Source: Aplysia californica
Taxonomy: Eukaryota
Assembly (NCBI RefSeq): GCF_000002075.1
Contig: NW_004797284.1
Coordinates: forward strand, 2,010,327 to 2,074,326
DNA: 64,000 bases
Reading direction: 5' to 3'
Shown here: in pieces, positions 38,357 through 52,028 of the stretch
Numbering within the stretch: position 1 is the stretch's first letter
How the letters are laid out: every line of letters begins with the position of its first letter
Position numbers and translations under genes: made by a program
The notes under the pieces: model-generated
Told to the model about the DNA's origin: nothing
Seen by the model: the letters and a program-made list of their open reading frames with translations, nothing else
Databases searched by the model: none

Positions 38357-40404
38357 GTTGTTGCTGTTGCTGTTTCTGTTGTTGCTGTTGTATTTTTCCT
38401 TTTGAAAGGGTGAGGGGATGTTACGGTTTTTGTGGGACTGTTTGTTTTTAAGTTTTAAAAATTATTTTTTGAAAATGATTATGGTTTAGTGAAAGGTCGA
38501 AACAAAAGGAAAAGAAAAATGTGTCTGACGAGGAAGGCCAAGTGCCGTAGTAAAACAAACAATAGGTCGCCGCCACTCAGTGAACAAGCAACACTTCCGT
38601 CGCCAGTTTGTGGTGACATTTTCATGTTCTCGGCTCCGAGATGGCTGCTGCTCAAAACAGGAGGCTTGTCGACAGACAGACCATTAATCATGATTTATCT
38701 TTAGAAGCATCAACCATCAATGTCTAGGTGTTATCGAAAGCGTAGAATTTGGGAATGCCACTCACATTGGCCGGGTTTACGGACTGAGTTGTGGGCGGGG
38801 CTTGTAGGTTATTACGGATCCCATGCTTCCCTCACCAGCAGCTGAAAATTTTATTGATACTCATTGGTCAACTTGGGTAAATACAGACTTCAATATAAGT
38901 TAAGGACCACTTGCAAATTTGGCTAAAATTCCCCGAGGATTTCCGTGGTGTACTTTGTGGTTTTGCCCCGTTAGGAAGTATTGCAGTACGCATTGGTAAC
39001 CCATTAACACTTTCAGAGCAAAAAAAGTTGAAATATTCCTTTCTGTCTTTTTTTTCGGATTAAAAAAAGTCAGGGCTGTCTGTCAAGGTGGTCATTAACT
39101 TATGTTGAAGTCTGTATTAGGAGCGACCTAAGCAACATGACCGTTTTATCTATTTTAGGGACTGACAATAACGAGGAAGACCTCTTGGAACCTGGAGAAG
39201 AATCACGGAAATGGATGTACAGAAAATTGGGAAGACGTGGAGTGACATCAATCGACTAGCCCAGGATAGGGAAAGGTGGAGAGTGTTTGTTCGTGGCCTA
39301 TATCCTGACCCAGGGTGAGAAAGGCAGTGATGATGATGATGAATAACGACAAGTGAATGAATTACGATGGCTTGTCCCCAACGTCAGGAATGCAGGCCTA
39401 TAATTTTTGACAAAGCCTGGCCGTCTCAGGCAGGCAAATTCATCTGTGGGTTAATAAAATAGGGTGGCCGTGACTGCGTTTTGCACAAGGCATACAATGT
39501 CAAATTACGACATTGGGGCAAAATCGGGTGCTTTGTGAAAATGACGAAATTGAAGAATTTGATAATTTCCCGACTGCTCGGTAACATTAAACCAATTTTA
39601 AAAATTTTGTCTCACCGCCATTATATGTTCTTCTAAAACCATTATCTGTGGGGAGTTTCCTGAAAAACGTAGATCAACTGGGCAAAAATGTAAATTTGCA
39701 GTTTGCAAGGACAATCACGCTTTGAGCGTCATCAAACTTTGGTAGCCTTTTTTTAGGTGATTTTTACATGTTTTAATCATCTAACCCCTTGCCCATTTAT
39801 GGAAGATTGACGTCATCTGATTAGTAGAACAAAGTACGTATGATAGTGTCCAAAAGTGTATTACGTGCATACTTGGTTTGACATGTAACTGTTACAAATA
39901 GAGATTCAAATATTACATCTTTATGTAAGTTATTGATCTGAGAGCGATGATGATGTAAGAAATAATGCTGGTGATGAATGATGATGTGGGATTGGGTTTA
40001 AGTAATGTTAGCGTTAGTCCTATCTTCCTCTGCTCCAGTGAGTCACGAGGGACGTGGGCACTCTATATCCTGTTCCCTGCTTGAACCATATTTAATGTCA
40101 CCGTGAAGTTCCGAAATGTCACTGATTATACCTATGACAACAGACGACCCCCACCTTCTTCCATCGAAAATGTCTCGACTTATACTTTTCCTCCAGATAA
40201 ATGGATATTTTTTTTGGGCAAAGGCAGATCAAATAAACAAGCTTTGATAATAATTATAACAACTCTATGTGTTCCAAAATTATTAATTACGACCACATTC
40301 CAATATGTAGTGACATGACAATGACAATGACAGTCTTTATTCATCTCGCAGGGATATAATTGTTAATGTGTGTTGGTGACACGGTGTTTAGGTGAAGGGT
40401 TAGT

Positions 40405-40633
40405 TGGTCGCTTTTAAGTACAAGGGGGCTATCCCGAAAAATGCCGTTTTGAGAAAATCGAAGGTAAAGGTTTTGGACCCTTATTCAGGAGAGCTTTCTC
40501 TACAACCGAACAAATATACACACCAGTGAAACCAATCTTCTCCTAGAGGTAGGGCAGTGCCCGCTTTTGGTGTTAGTCAAGATTTCTGGAAACCCCCGAA
40601 ATCTGGTTGCCCGCTTGTCCTTAAAAGCGACCA
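40405..40633. mobile_element. MITE family 2 (about 230 bp)
   Basis: TIR tggtcgcttttaag(t/g)acaag; other copies at 44218-44431, and partial at about 20259-20400 and 58755-58905. Confidence 0.75.
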
Positions 40634-40962
40634 GTTGTGCGTGACCTTAAGCAACACTCGACACCCAAGCTTCAAACCAAGGCGCCGTACAGTGACAACT
40701 AACAATTGTAGTACATGGAATGCCTGTTGCTGACACTGTGTATCATTCATGCAGTTACGTATTCATGTATTTGTGTGTTTACGTACGCTACTGCCAATGC
40801 CCAAGAGGATGGATGTAATGGGATGGATTTGTGTCTATGTCTTTGTTTATTGAGTAGATATTGGGTCTGTTCCTAGGACGCAGTGACAGAAAGACTATCG
40901 TCAATTATTATTAGTCGTGGGTATAGTGCCGGTCGCAAGCAATAATATTAGGGCCTATATTA

Positions 40963-42396
40963 TAGTGGTGTCTAAAAGAAACTTGGAAATGTAATCACCC
41001 AATGATCACCCAATGATCACCCAATGATCACCCAATGATCACCCAATGATCACCCAATGATCGTGTTATAGCCTTGTACTACCCACTCATTGAGCACATC
41101 AATTGAACGCTAATTAAACTTTACTTCATCTGACATAATGATATTTTATCTATGTAAGCAGACGCTCGATACATGGTCCCTCAAACCTGACCTGAACAAA
41201 TTAGACTTGGATAAACTATGCGAAATCAGAGAAAGGTAAAAGTGTGTTCGCGTGTGTGTTGAGGTGCACCAACATTAGAGGAATGGACGTGTAGTGAATA
41301 TCAAAGGAAAAAAAGAATGTTGTTGTCCCCTCAATAAAGAGCATCTTCTGATGATATTTTCAAACATGGGAAACAGAGCAGTTCCAAATACCACGCACAA
41401 CTTGGACTTCATTGTTACACGTGTGGATTCGTTGTAATTTTGTTTTTGTTTAAGTAGAAGAGCTATTGATTTCGTGTACAGCACGAAACCTTTTTGGTAT
41501 ATTGGACTGAGTTAGTTAAATTTTGGTCCCAATCATCTGTCAGTGAAGAAATAGAGACCTCGAACTGCCATGATTTTGAGTGGTGTGGGGTGGAATGAAC
41601 AAAAAAACCCTCCTCAGAATCACCAGATGGCTTGGTTTAGCTGACTACATCGCGCAAGTGATCGAATGTCATGTCTTACCCTTATTTTCGTCATGGCGTC
41701 ATTCAAGTAGACACCTCCATGTATAGCAAAACACTTTCTCACAAGGCCATTGCCACTAGACAATTTTTTGAAAACCAAATCAAATTAACCTTGGTGTGGT
41801 CACCAATAAATAGCCACAATATGAATCTTACAGGTATGTGAAGTCCCATGAAACAGCAGCTGAAGAAAAGCGACTTTGCTCCCAATTCAGACAGTTTGTT
41901 TGCAACTCTCTGAGACATTTGAGATGAAATGACAAATAATTGGGTCCACAATTAAGAAGAGTCGATGCTCAAAGTTAACAATGGGCACATGTAATGTGAC
42001 GTCCAAGTTTTGTGTGGTATTTGTGATTTCTCTGTTTTCGTTTTGTTTGAAACTATCGTGACAAATCATCGAAAAAAAAGTTGTGCTTATTGCAGCGACA
42101 AAATTCTCCTTTCAATTGATATGAAATGTGTGTCCAGTTCTAGTAATATTGATGCTCCTTAATACAGAGGCCAAGACAATTTTACATTTCTTTGATTTCG
42201 CATAATTTGATTTTTTAAAGGTCAATTTTGAGTGACCATATCTCGGGCGTTTCTTAACATAGATGAATGATTAACGTGTCAGATGATGCACAATCTATTC
42301 AGCTTTAAACTGGTATGCTGCATGAGTAGGTAAAATGAGAGGCTTTAACACGATGATTGGGTGATTACATTTTCAAGTTTGTTTTAGACGCCACTG
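40963..42396. mobile_element. Non-autonomous Tc1/mariner-like DNA transposon (about 1.4 kb)
   Basis: TA + (t/c)agtgg(t/c)gtctaaaa..aaactt..aaatgtaatcacccaat at both ends in inverted orientation, TA flanks; no transposase ORF seen. Confidence 0.7.
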
Positions 42397-43068
42397 TATA
42401 AAATACTTATGACGATCTTAGCCCTAAGCTCTAGTTTTTCGCGCTGAATGCTCAAAGGCGTCTAGTGCAGGTGTCATGATATAATTGAATCAACCACTTG
42501 ACAATTTCTGGTAATAGTATAAGTATAAAGTTTATATATAGCCCACAATCTTGGATAGAAGTCGAGCTATTTGTGACTGAAGGAGATGGGGGAGGGGGGG
42601 GGGGTCGCCAGTTTTCAGAGGTAGAATTGGAGATAATTTTAATAAACGGTCATCAAAGTTTGAGGACCCTCAAATCTTGAGAGTACTTGTAAACTGAGAG
42701 GGATGAAAGGGAAGGGAGGGGAGGGGGAGTGTGAATTTGATTTTTTAAAATCGCTAAACAGTCCGATACATGCCTGTTTCCTTCCGATTTCATCAGTATG
42801 ACGAGCACATGGTTTCACCACACTGACACACATTTTGAGTGCTCCACATTCTCCCGATGACCTTCACCTCCACAAATGCCACAATGTTACGTCATCAAAC
42901 CATCCCTAAAGTGTGGCGCTCTGCTCTACTTTTTATGCATGTCACGGAGTTCATTAACACTCACACTATTTCTTTTAGAATATACCACGTGATGACCAAA
43001 AAAAAAAAAAAAGAATGCAATGGAAGTGCTCTTTAAAACAGACAGTTGGTACAAAGAGAAAACAGCTG

Positions 43069-43076
43069 TATATAAA
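43069..43076 (+). promoter_or_regulatory. TATA box of gene E
   Basis: cagctgTATATAAAaagg. Confidence 0.75.
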
Positions 43077-43129
43077 AAGGTTGCAGCGTTCCCTGTATCT
43101 TCACCAACTCCCTCCAGAGACTAGGAACC

Positions 43130-43172
43130 ATGGCTCGCTTCATTCTTCTGTGCATCGCTCTCACGTTTGCTG
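43130..43172 (+). CDS. Gene E exon 1: signal peptide
   Basis: MARFILLCIALTFA(G), donor GTGAGA. Confidence 0.92.
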
Positions 43173-43377
43173 GTGAGACATTTTGTTGAATTCTTGTACT
43201 TTTTTAAAATTGACGTTCATTCCGTGTTATTGGTTTTTTTGGGTGTTTTTATTTGCTTGTTTGTTTGTTTTTGTTTATAGTAGGGGGGAGGGGGGTTATT
43301 TCATGATTACCTTTTTTATCATTATATTTTTGTCGATAGAACTTTGTAATTCTGAGTTCGCGAACAGTTACACCACG

Positions 43378-43482
43378 ATCGCTGTACAGAATAGAACATT
43401 CACAATCGCTGTACAGAATAGAACATTCACAATCGCTGTACAGAATAGAACATTCACAATCGCTGTACAGAATAGACCATTC
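43378..43482. repeat. 27-bp minisatellite, about 4 copies, in gene E intron
   Basis: atcgctgtacagaatagaacattcaca. Confidence 0.9.
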
Positions 43483-43683
43483 CAAAGATTGCACAATCTA
43501 ATGTGCACCCCCCCCCCCCAACNNNNNNNNNNNNNNNNNNNNNNNNNNNNNNNNNNNNNNNNNNNNNNNNNNNNNNNNNNNNNNNNNNNNNNNNNNNNNN
43601 NNNNNNNNNNNNNNNNNNNNNNNNNNNNNNNNNNNNNNNNNNNNNNNNNNNNNNNNNNCACCAGGGGAGGCTCGTCGGGCTAG

Positions 43684-43975
43684 AAAGAAGGAGGTGGGGG
43701 TCACCTGTTTTCAGAAATTACATTAGGGAGAAAATGGCCGCCGAAGAGTAGTTATTTCCTAAGCTTATGAGTTCGTGGTAACTGAAAATTTAGATTATTT
43801 GTGCCTTCAATCAACGTTTTTCAGAAAAATCCACACATAAATGAGTTCTTTAACGGGCATGAAAGGTGTTGAGACAAAAAAATTTGATAAAAATGCAGAA
43901 ACCTGCGGAAAAATGCAAGTTTTTCTTCACTTTCTTTATTTTGACGAGAGCCTGATTCCACCACGCTGCCTCACA
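43684..43975 (+). mobile_element. MITE family 1, partial, in gene E intron
   Basis: Interior plus right TIR; left part lost near N run. Confidence 0.8.
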
Positions 43976-45306
43976 TTTTACTATCTTTGGGAATTTGAGG
44001 ACAAAATACTTTTATTTTCATTTTCTTCTTCTCTCTTTGATTCCTAGAACTAAATCTATTTGTTAGCCTATGGTCAGCTTCGTTAATCCTACATAGAACC
44101 TGAACACTCAAGTAAGAACACTTTTACCACTGTAAACCAGCCAAAGGCTCAACCAAGCGGTGACCGAACTATGCCATTTTTTACCTCACGGTCACAGAGC
44201 CGGGGAAAGACCTAAATTGGTTGAGTTTAAGCACAAGGGGGATATCCCGAAAAATGCAGTTTTGTCCCTTGTTAAGTTTCTTTAAAAGACAAGGAGAGTT
44301 TTCTCTATAACCAGACAAATATACACAGCAAACTTCTCCTATAGGTAGGACAATGCCCACTTTTGATGAAGGTCAAGATTTCTGGAAACCCCCGAAATCT
44401 TTTTTTGCCCGCTTGTCCTTAAAAGCGACCAACGAATAGCGAGGCAATGAATCCACCCCAATCCACTTGAGTAACCCGCTGGACTACTCCGGGGCTCACA
44501 TTATGGAGGCATGGAATGCCGCACAGTGTTTTATCTCATTGGATGCGCACTTTCTGGTCATTCGTCAACGCTTCAAGTTGAAGATGCTCTCTTTTGTAGC
44601 ATAACTTCATCGGTAAAACATATTTTTCTGTGTCATTTTCTTTATCTGAAACGTTAAAAGGCTTGAAAAAGTATGCATGCTATGATATAGGCAAAAATAT
44701 TTTTCTGAATTGTATAATGATGGTTCAAAATTTGTCAAAACGTTGACTTTGCTCTACAACTGATCGGACAAATGTGTCTGATACGCCCACAAAGAGTTAT
44801 CGTGTTTATTTCAGGACTGCCTGCTGCGGGCTATGTTTCGGCAGGTGCACATTTAAGATTTGCCGTCTAATTAATTTTTATGTACCTCTAAATTCGCCAT
44901 GTGTGTCGTCATTGATTGGGGTTTGGCTAAAGAGCAATTTGTATATCAGATAACCACTACTGAACATCCTATTACGTCTATTAAAAGCAAGACGACTTTG
45001 GTATGGCGAGGTAGATGTTTTACGGCACTATAGACACAGTGATGGGCTATAAGGCGCAAACGAGGACCTTGTAGTCATACAATAATTATCATGTTAGTGT
45101 TTGTTGCTGTCTTTCTTTATTTTCTATTTGTAGGTGCTTTATGCAATAGTACATTAATAACTTTCGGGCCTCAACGTCTCAAGCATCACCAAAACAATTC
45201 TAGCTTGTAGGAGTAACTCCTACATTTGTATCTCGAAGACCTTCCAACATTGCCAAAAACTGCTCTCTCGTTTCCATATAACTTATTCTCCTCCTCATCC
45301 CCCCAG

Positions 45307-45950
45307 GCGCCTCCTCGGCAAGCCGCTACAACGAGCTGTACAACTGGGTCAGCGGAAAAGCTTCCCCAGGATTCCCCCAACCCGACGACTCCGGACCCCT
45401 GGACGTGGACATGCGTCTGACCAAACTGGACATCGTTGGTGTGGACAGTGCCAACAACCTGGTCACTTTGATCGCCAGAAGAAGGGTTCTGTGGGCTGAC
45501 CGTGATTTGGCCTTTGACGAGGCCACGTACAACGTGTCCTGTGTGTATGCTGCGGCCACCAACATCTGGACTCCTGACAGTACCTTCTACAACTCTGCTA
45601 GCCAGGAGCAGGTGTTGAACCGTGAGGTCATCGTCTTTGCCGGAGGTGAGTTGCTGGAAATTGCCAGAGTCCAGGTCAGCATCAACTGTGACGTGAGTGG
45701 TGTGAACACCTACACTGGCGCCACCTGCCACCTCCAACTTGGCTCCTACGGTTTGGGAAATGAGCTGGTGCGTCTGAGGGAGCCCAAGGACAACTGGACC
45801 TTTCATCTGGAGTCGGCTTTCAACGGAGCCTCTCCCTACGAGCTTCTGTCTGGTGATGTCAGCAGATCTGTGGAGCCCTACGCTTCCGGTGACCCCGAGC
45901 AGCATTACTATGATGCCCTGACCTTCACCTTCAGCTTCAGAAGGAAGTAG
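45307..45950 (+). CDS. Gene E exon 2: AChBP-like domain; CDS join(43130..43172,45307..45950), 228 aa
   Basis: Same acceptor and motifs; ends RRK TAG; AATAAA at 46149; intron contains an N run. Confidence 0.94.
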
Positions 45951-48399
45951 GGCGGTCAGTAAATCTGATGTGAGTTGATCAGCTCCTGTCTGTTTGGATT
46001 ATGGAATTTGCTGCAACTGTCTCCCTTACTCATCAAATGAAATGGGGACAGTACCTGCATTTGTTGGTTTCAGTATAGTTCATAATATTTCAAGTTTTGG
46101 TAACATTTTCGAAAACTGAATCCCATTTTTTCTGCTTGGATCTTTTGAAATAAACAAGAACAATTTTCATGTTTATTGTCTTGGTTTTTACAGTATTATT
46201 AATTTACGTGACTTGTTTTGGTATCTGCTCCTTCTTTCAAATTACCGTTATCTGTTTTGCTAATTATGTTTTCTGTTGCGAATTCACATTTGTTTATCTG
46301 CTATATTCTGGTGGGGCAGGAGGATAGGATTTGTCTCTATTGGTTGCTAGTTTGTTGCAATTCTTTTTAGTTTTAAGTGCAATGTTCATGATGACACAAA
46401 CAGAAATGGTGAAGGATTAATCACTTTTGAATGTCCGTGCTATGGCGGCTATGTCTCTAAACAACAGGTATTACTTTCGGACACAGTTTTACTGAAAGAA
46501 ACACAAAAAAGCTATTAATAGTTCACTCATCTCTTCTTCGCGTGCTCATATTATGACCTTATGCAGTAGCGAGCGCCGTAAAACCCCTAACTAAACTAAA
46601 CTAAAAAACTCATCTCTTTCACTGAGCTTTACACAGTCACATTATAGAAGGAGCAAAGAGGACACCACACGCGTACATCCATTCGATTCCAAATATCAAT
46701 AAATAATAGTAATAAAAATAAATTACGTTTTTATTGATCCCAGGAGGGCAATGTACATACATACATACATACATACATACATACATACATACATACATAC
46801 ATACATACNNNNNNNNNNNNNNNNNNNNNNNNNNNNNNNNNNNNNNNNNNNNNNNNNNNNNNNNNNNNNNNNNNNNNNNNNNNNNNNNNNNNNNNNNNNN
46901 NNNNNNNNNNNNNNNNNNNNNNNNNNNNNNNNNNNNNNNNNNNNNNNNNNNNNNNNNNNNNNNNNNNNNNNNNNNNNNNNNNNNNNNNNNNNNNNNNNNN
47001 NNNNNNNNNNNNNNNNNNNNNNNNNNNNNNNNNNNNNNNNNNNNNAGATAATTTAGTTCTCAGTTCATGTACCACTATAGCAAAAGCAAACAAACAAACA
47101 AACAAACAATATCAAAACAAACAAACAAACAAACAAATAAACGAATACGTTTGCGTTTTCTGTGAGCCAAACTAGAACCGCAAAACGATATTTGGACTGC
47201 AGGTCAAAATCTGTAGACTTCGTTTGTTTTAGAAAGAAAAAAAAAATTGCGCAAGTCCACAAGACGACGAGCGTTTAGGGCTTGGGAAAAGGAAGGTAAT
47301 ACGGACAGACAGAAATATAACACCGACTGTTGATAGAAGTAGGACCTACCAGTGGTGCCCTCTAGCCATTCAAAAAGTCATCATATTTGGCTTTCTTACC
47401 CTGGATCAGGGTACAGGCCACGAACAAACACTTTCCACCCATCCCAATCCTGGGCTAGCCGCTTGGTGTGACTCCGTGTCTTCCCCCTATTTTCTGTTCA
47501 TTAATTTCTGTGACTCCTCTCCAGGTTCCGTGTGGTCTTCCGGTTGATTTTTTACCCTGTTGGTTATAATCCGTTGGATTGGATTGGTAGGCCTACTCGC
47601 AAAGTGCAGGTCAAGTTACTAAAATTTAGTTTAGGTTCTCTATATTAATTAAAAAAAAGTTTCAGCTTTCATTCTTGAATTAAAAGCTGGGCTAAGTTTT
47701 CAATCGCCATTTCTTTTTCAGACTCTCAATCCTAAATATCTTGTTTTAGGCTTTCATTCTTAAAATCTTGTGTTGGCTTTAAACCTTACGATCTTGTTTA
47801 GGCTTAGAGCCGCTTTGAACGTAAACAGAATCGTGCATTCTCGGGATTTCCATCGGCTTGAACCCAAGCATTTTCTGTTGTTTGGATTCAAACCGCGGCC
47901 ACCTGGCTAACCACCCACTGGGATGAGCGTCAAACAGTAGACAGACGATTATATACAGTGTAGATGGTNNNNNNNNNNNNNNNNNNNNNNNNNNNNNNNN
48001 NNNNNNNNNNNNNNNNNNNNNNNNNNNNNNNNNNNNNNNNNNNNNNNNNNNNNNNNNNNNNNNNNNNNNNNNNNNNNNNNNNNNNNNNNNNNNNNNNNTA
48101 TGAGAATATCCACCATGCGAAGCAAATTTCTCTTTGAGGAGACCAGTCAAACCTCATCTGATCTCATCCGCGCATTCTGTATTGACTGGTACTGTATTGA
48201 ACAGTGTCTGTATGTTCCGGGATATCAGTTGGTGTCATGCTACACAAAGGAGGGGATGGCCCTGGTTCCAATCCCAAATTTAGCGTTCTTGGCATTGGGT
48301 CCAAACACTCACCTATCAATGCCAAACACGGAGAACGAACAAGACCATCAATAATTCATTTATAGAGGCACCAGCCATCCATGTCCAACGAACAAGACA

Positions 48400-48790
48400 T
48401 TAGAGCAAATAATTACAACATGTGAAATGCAATGCCTTAGAATAGCAGTTAACAAGATCAGGCGAGACAAAAATCAGAAACTTAATAATCAGAGAAATGG
48501 TGGACACAAATGATGTCATGCATCACATCCAATGCCAAAGAATCAAATGGTTCGGACATCTCCTACGATTACCAACACACCATCCAGCACAACTTGTCTA
48601 CATGAAAAATTCGATAGCAACAAGGCAAGAGAGCGACCGAGAAAGACTTAGATACTAGATAGATGGAGTCAGGGAAACATTAACCGCCCACGGCATCACC
48701 TTGACCCAAGCTCTCCGGCTGGAGACAGAGAGACGTCTCTTTCTTCCTGCGACACACCAAAGGGTATAAGCGGCGAATAAAAGTAAAGGA
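48400..48790 (+). mobile_element. Degenerate RTE-type LINE 3' fragment
   Basis: CEMQCLR..IRRDK..IREMV..QRIKWFGHLLRL with frameshifts. Confidence 0.7.
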
Positions 48791-49539
48791 ATTGGGTCGC
48801 CTTGGTGAGCTTTCAAGGCTCTCAGTCTCAATCCATTTGGTTCGGTCTCACCTCTTAAACAAACCTAACTGTATTGATAGGGCATTAAAACCATACCATA
48901 TTTGTCTACTTTGAGCTTGCAATGGCACACATACAATCCATGTGGTTTGNNNNNNNNNNNNNNNNNNNNNNNNNNNNNNNNNNNNNNNNNNNNNNNNNNN
49001 NNNNNNNNNNNNNNNNNNNNNNNNNNNNNNNNNNNNNNNNNNNNNNNNNNNNNNNNNNNNNNNNNNNNNNNNNNNNNNNNNNNNNNNNNNNNNNNNNNNA
49101 CCGTGGGGTCACCATTGCATCCGACAACCAGCTCTAGCCATTTCTCTTTGTCCTCTGCTTTCCTCAGATTGTCACCCATCGTCTTCCCTGTCCACTCTGT
49201 AATGTTGTCCTCCTACCTTCTTCTCTGCCTTTCTCTCTTTGTCTTTCCTAGTACAGTTCCTTGTAGGGTTGTTTTGGCAAGTCCGGTGGATCTTGTGACA
49301 TCCCTATACCATTTTATTTTTCGTCTAACTGACCCTTTATTGTATAGTAAAACGTTTTACAAAACAGTGAACACTGCCCCACACAGTCACACTCCACAAA
49401 TTATGTTCTGTAGTAAACGAACAAGTGAGGGATCAGATCCACGCGTGCCATGAACTTCAGTAATTGTTTCCCAGACAACAATCGACGTTCTCCACCCTGT
49501 TGTGGTTACGGGGTTTGACCCGCCAATATTCAAACTGAC

Positions 49540-49717
49540 ACTGGACTCACTGACCGCTCCACTGGACTCACTGACCGCTCCACTGGACTCACTGACTGCT
49601 CCACTGGACTCACTGACCGCTCCACTGGACTCACTGACCGCTCCACTGGACTCACTGACTGCTCCACTGTACTCACTGACCGCTCCACTGGACTCATTGA
49701 CCGCTCCACTGGACTCC
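49540..49717. repeat. 21-bp minisatellite, about 8.5 copies
   Basis: actggactcactgaccgctcc. Confidence 0.9.
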
Positions 49718-51057
49718 CACAACTAGAGGTTATGCCAGGCCATCCTTGTGAAGCTGTCCTGTCTCACCGCAAGAGGATTATACAACGTACAGAGCATGTT
49801 TGGTTGTAGTCAGGTTTTACGTAGCTCGCAACTGCATAAGGTCATATGGGCGCAAAGGGGTGGATGTCAACAGAGAAGTCCAAACGGAGAATCAGGCTTA
49901 CTCTGCTCAACTCTGTAGCTTCAACAGCACAAAGTCTGCTTCGACTATCAGGGCTTACCGGAAATAGCTGTTCACAAGAGTGTGACAAATATAGAAAAGG
50001 AGTAGAGGGAAATGACGATAGTAAGAATGAGGAAAGAAAAAGTTACATAGTATAACAGATTCTAAAACCTCTTTGGTATCTCCATAACTGTTCATTCAGA
50101 CCACACAGCCGCGTCCTTCTGCCTTAAAGACAGATGAATTCATTCTGTCGCCTGCTAGTTTTGAGACCGAAGTCCTGCGTCCTACCATTGGCGGGAGTTG
50201 ACAGGATTGAAGTTGTCACGACGCGGTGGAATCAGGCGTTCGTCAGTTTTTTTGGGCATGTGGAGTCATTGATATGTCTTCTGTTAAGTCTGGTGAAGTC
50301 GGACAAGTTCATCCTCGCTAATTTTTGTACTCACATTTTTGTGGTGTTGAAATTGTTAAATCTGATATCATACTCTACTCGTACTCCTGGTCAATTCTTG
50401 ATTCAACAATAACATATCAAAGTCCCAGGCTAAGATTGTTGGTGTGCACGGTGTCGACAGTCACTTCGCTCGCTACCATTCTCATCTCTCTTCACAACGG
50501 AGGTACACAAGGAGGTACTGGGTGCAGCGGTTCGAAAATTTTCAGCATTTTTTGGGAACACTGTCTATATTCACATCTGCAGTACATGAACAAGATAGAA
50601 ATAGACAAGGAGCTGAGCGTTGATGGTAATTGAAATTTTCACATTTTCCAGGATTTTGAAAACCTTGGAAAGATAGTTCCTTCTATTTTAGGATAGATTA
50701 GATAGACTGTTACCCTTTGCTCTTCTTTTACTCATAATATGTCTTCTGCTTTTGTGGGCTTGGGGGTGGACAGGAAAATGTGGCGTTTTGGGAGAGGGCA
50801 GGGAAGGGAGAAGATGGACAACTAAATATAGTAATTCTATTATTATTCATTCAATAGGCTGTATTATGCTTGAAAGCATCATTGCTCTATTATCTTGGTG
50901 AAAACGCCGCCTTCTTGCCTCGACAAATCAAGGACTGTCGTGTTGACGTCTATCGTGGTGAAAGGCACAGCCAGAAACTGAAGGGTGATGGTTTAACCAC
51001 GGTGTACCCTGTCAGTCACCGTTGTCTGTTGTCCGTTAGACAGACGGAAGGATGCGG

Positions 51058-51058
<1 letters not shown>

Positions 51059-51133
<75 letters not shown>
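51059..51133. repeat. (TG)n microsatellite
   Basis: Perfect TG run. Confidence 0.95.
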
Positions 51134-51134
<1 letters not shown>

Positions 51135-52028
51135 AATGTGCCTTAAGACTGTTGTCATCATATTTAAAAGAACAGTAAATGCAGATTTTACAATTTTACA
51201 TGAGAGCCACCCCCTCCAAAAAAAGCAACAAAAAAAGTAAAAAAGCATCAACCCAACAACAAACTGGCAAGTTGTTACCCCGAAAGCAAACTCTTTGCAA
51301 ACATCCCAAGTCAATATTTTCAAAAATACAAATTTGAAAACAACCCTCTTATTATTATCTTTAAGCAAATTAATGTTGTCTCCTTGGTAGCAGTATTCAT
51401 TTGTTGCTTTTTTTTTTGGGGGGGGGGTTGTGGGCTCTCCTGTAAAATTATACAAACTTTATATACTGTTATATACTTTTATAAATGGCAGTAGAATAGC
51501 GCTTAATAGGCCTAGTGACAATAGCGAACTCATACTTTCCATTCGCATATCCCTCTCTCGATAAGCAGTAATCAGCATTGACCTTAAAACTCATAGCAAT
51601 TTATCTTTCCAACGCCTGCCCACGAAAGATATAGCATAGATACACACAAAAACTTGAAAGAGGAAAGAAATCTAGAAAACAGATGATTGCAGAACATATC
51701 CCAGAAGAGACATCAAAATGTGCTCGGAAATTAAATGATAAGTGAAAATTCCAGACATGATGTAAATAAGAACAAGTTTGGTTTATTTCAGGGAATCCAA
51801 ATGGAAACGTGTAAACATAAAACATGAGATTTGACTTTTGGTAAATTTTAGCAGACTCTGAAATAATATTCTGAACAATGCAGAGACCAACAATTGCATG
51901 TTCTGTCCCTAATTCGGAACGTACTTTCTGCAACAGGGGAGACAATTGCAACACATTTTACCATCCAAACAAACAGTCGCTGAGAGTCAATAATGGAGCA
52001 AACAGGAGTTGATCAACCCACCCCAGAT

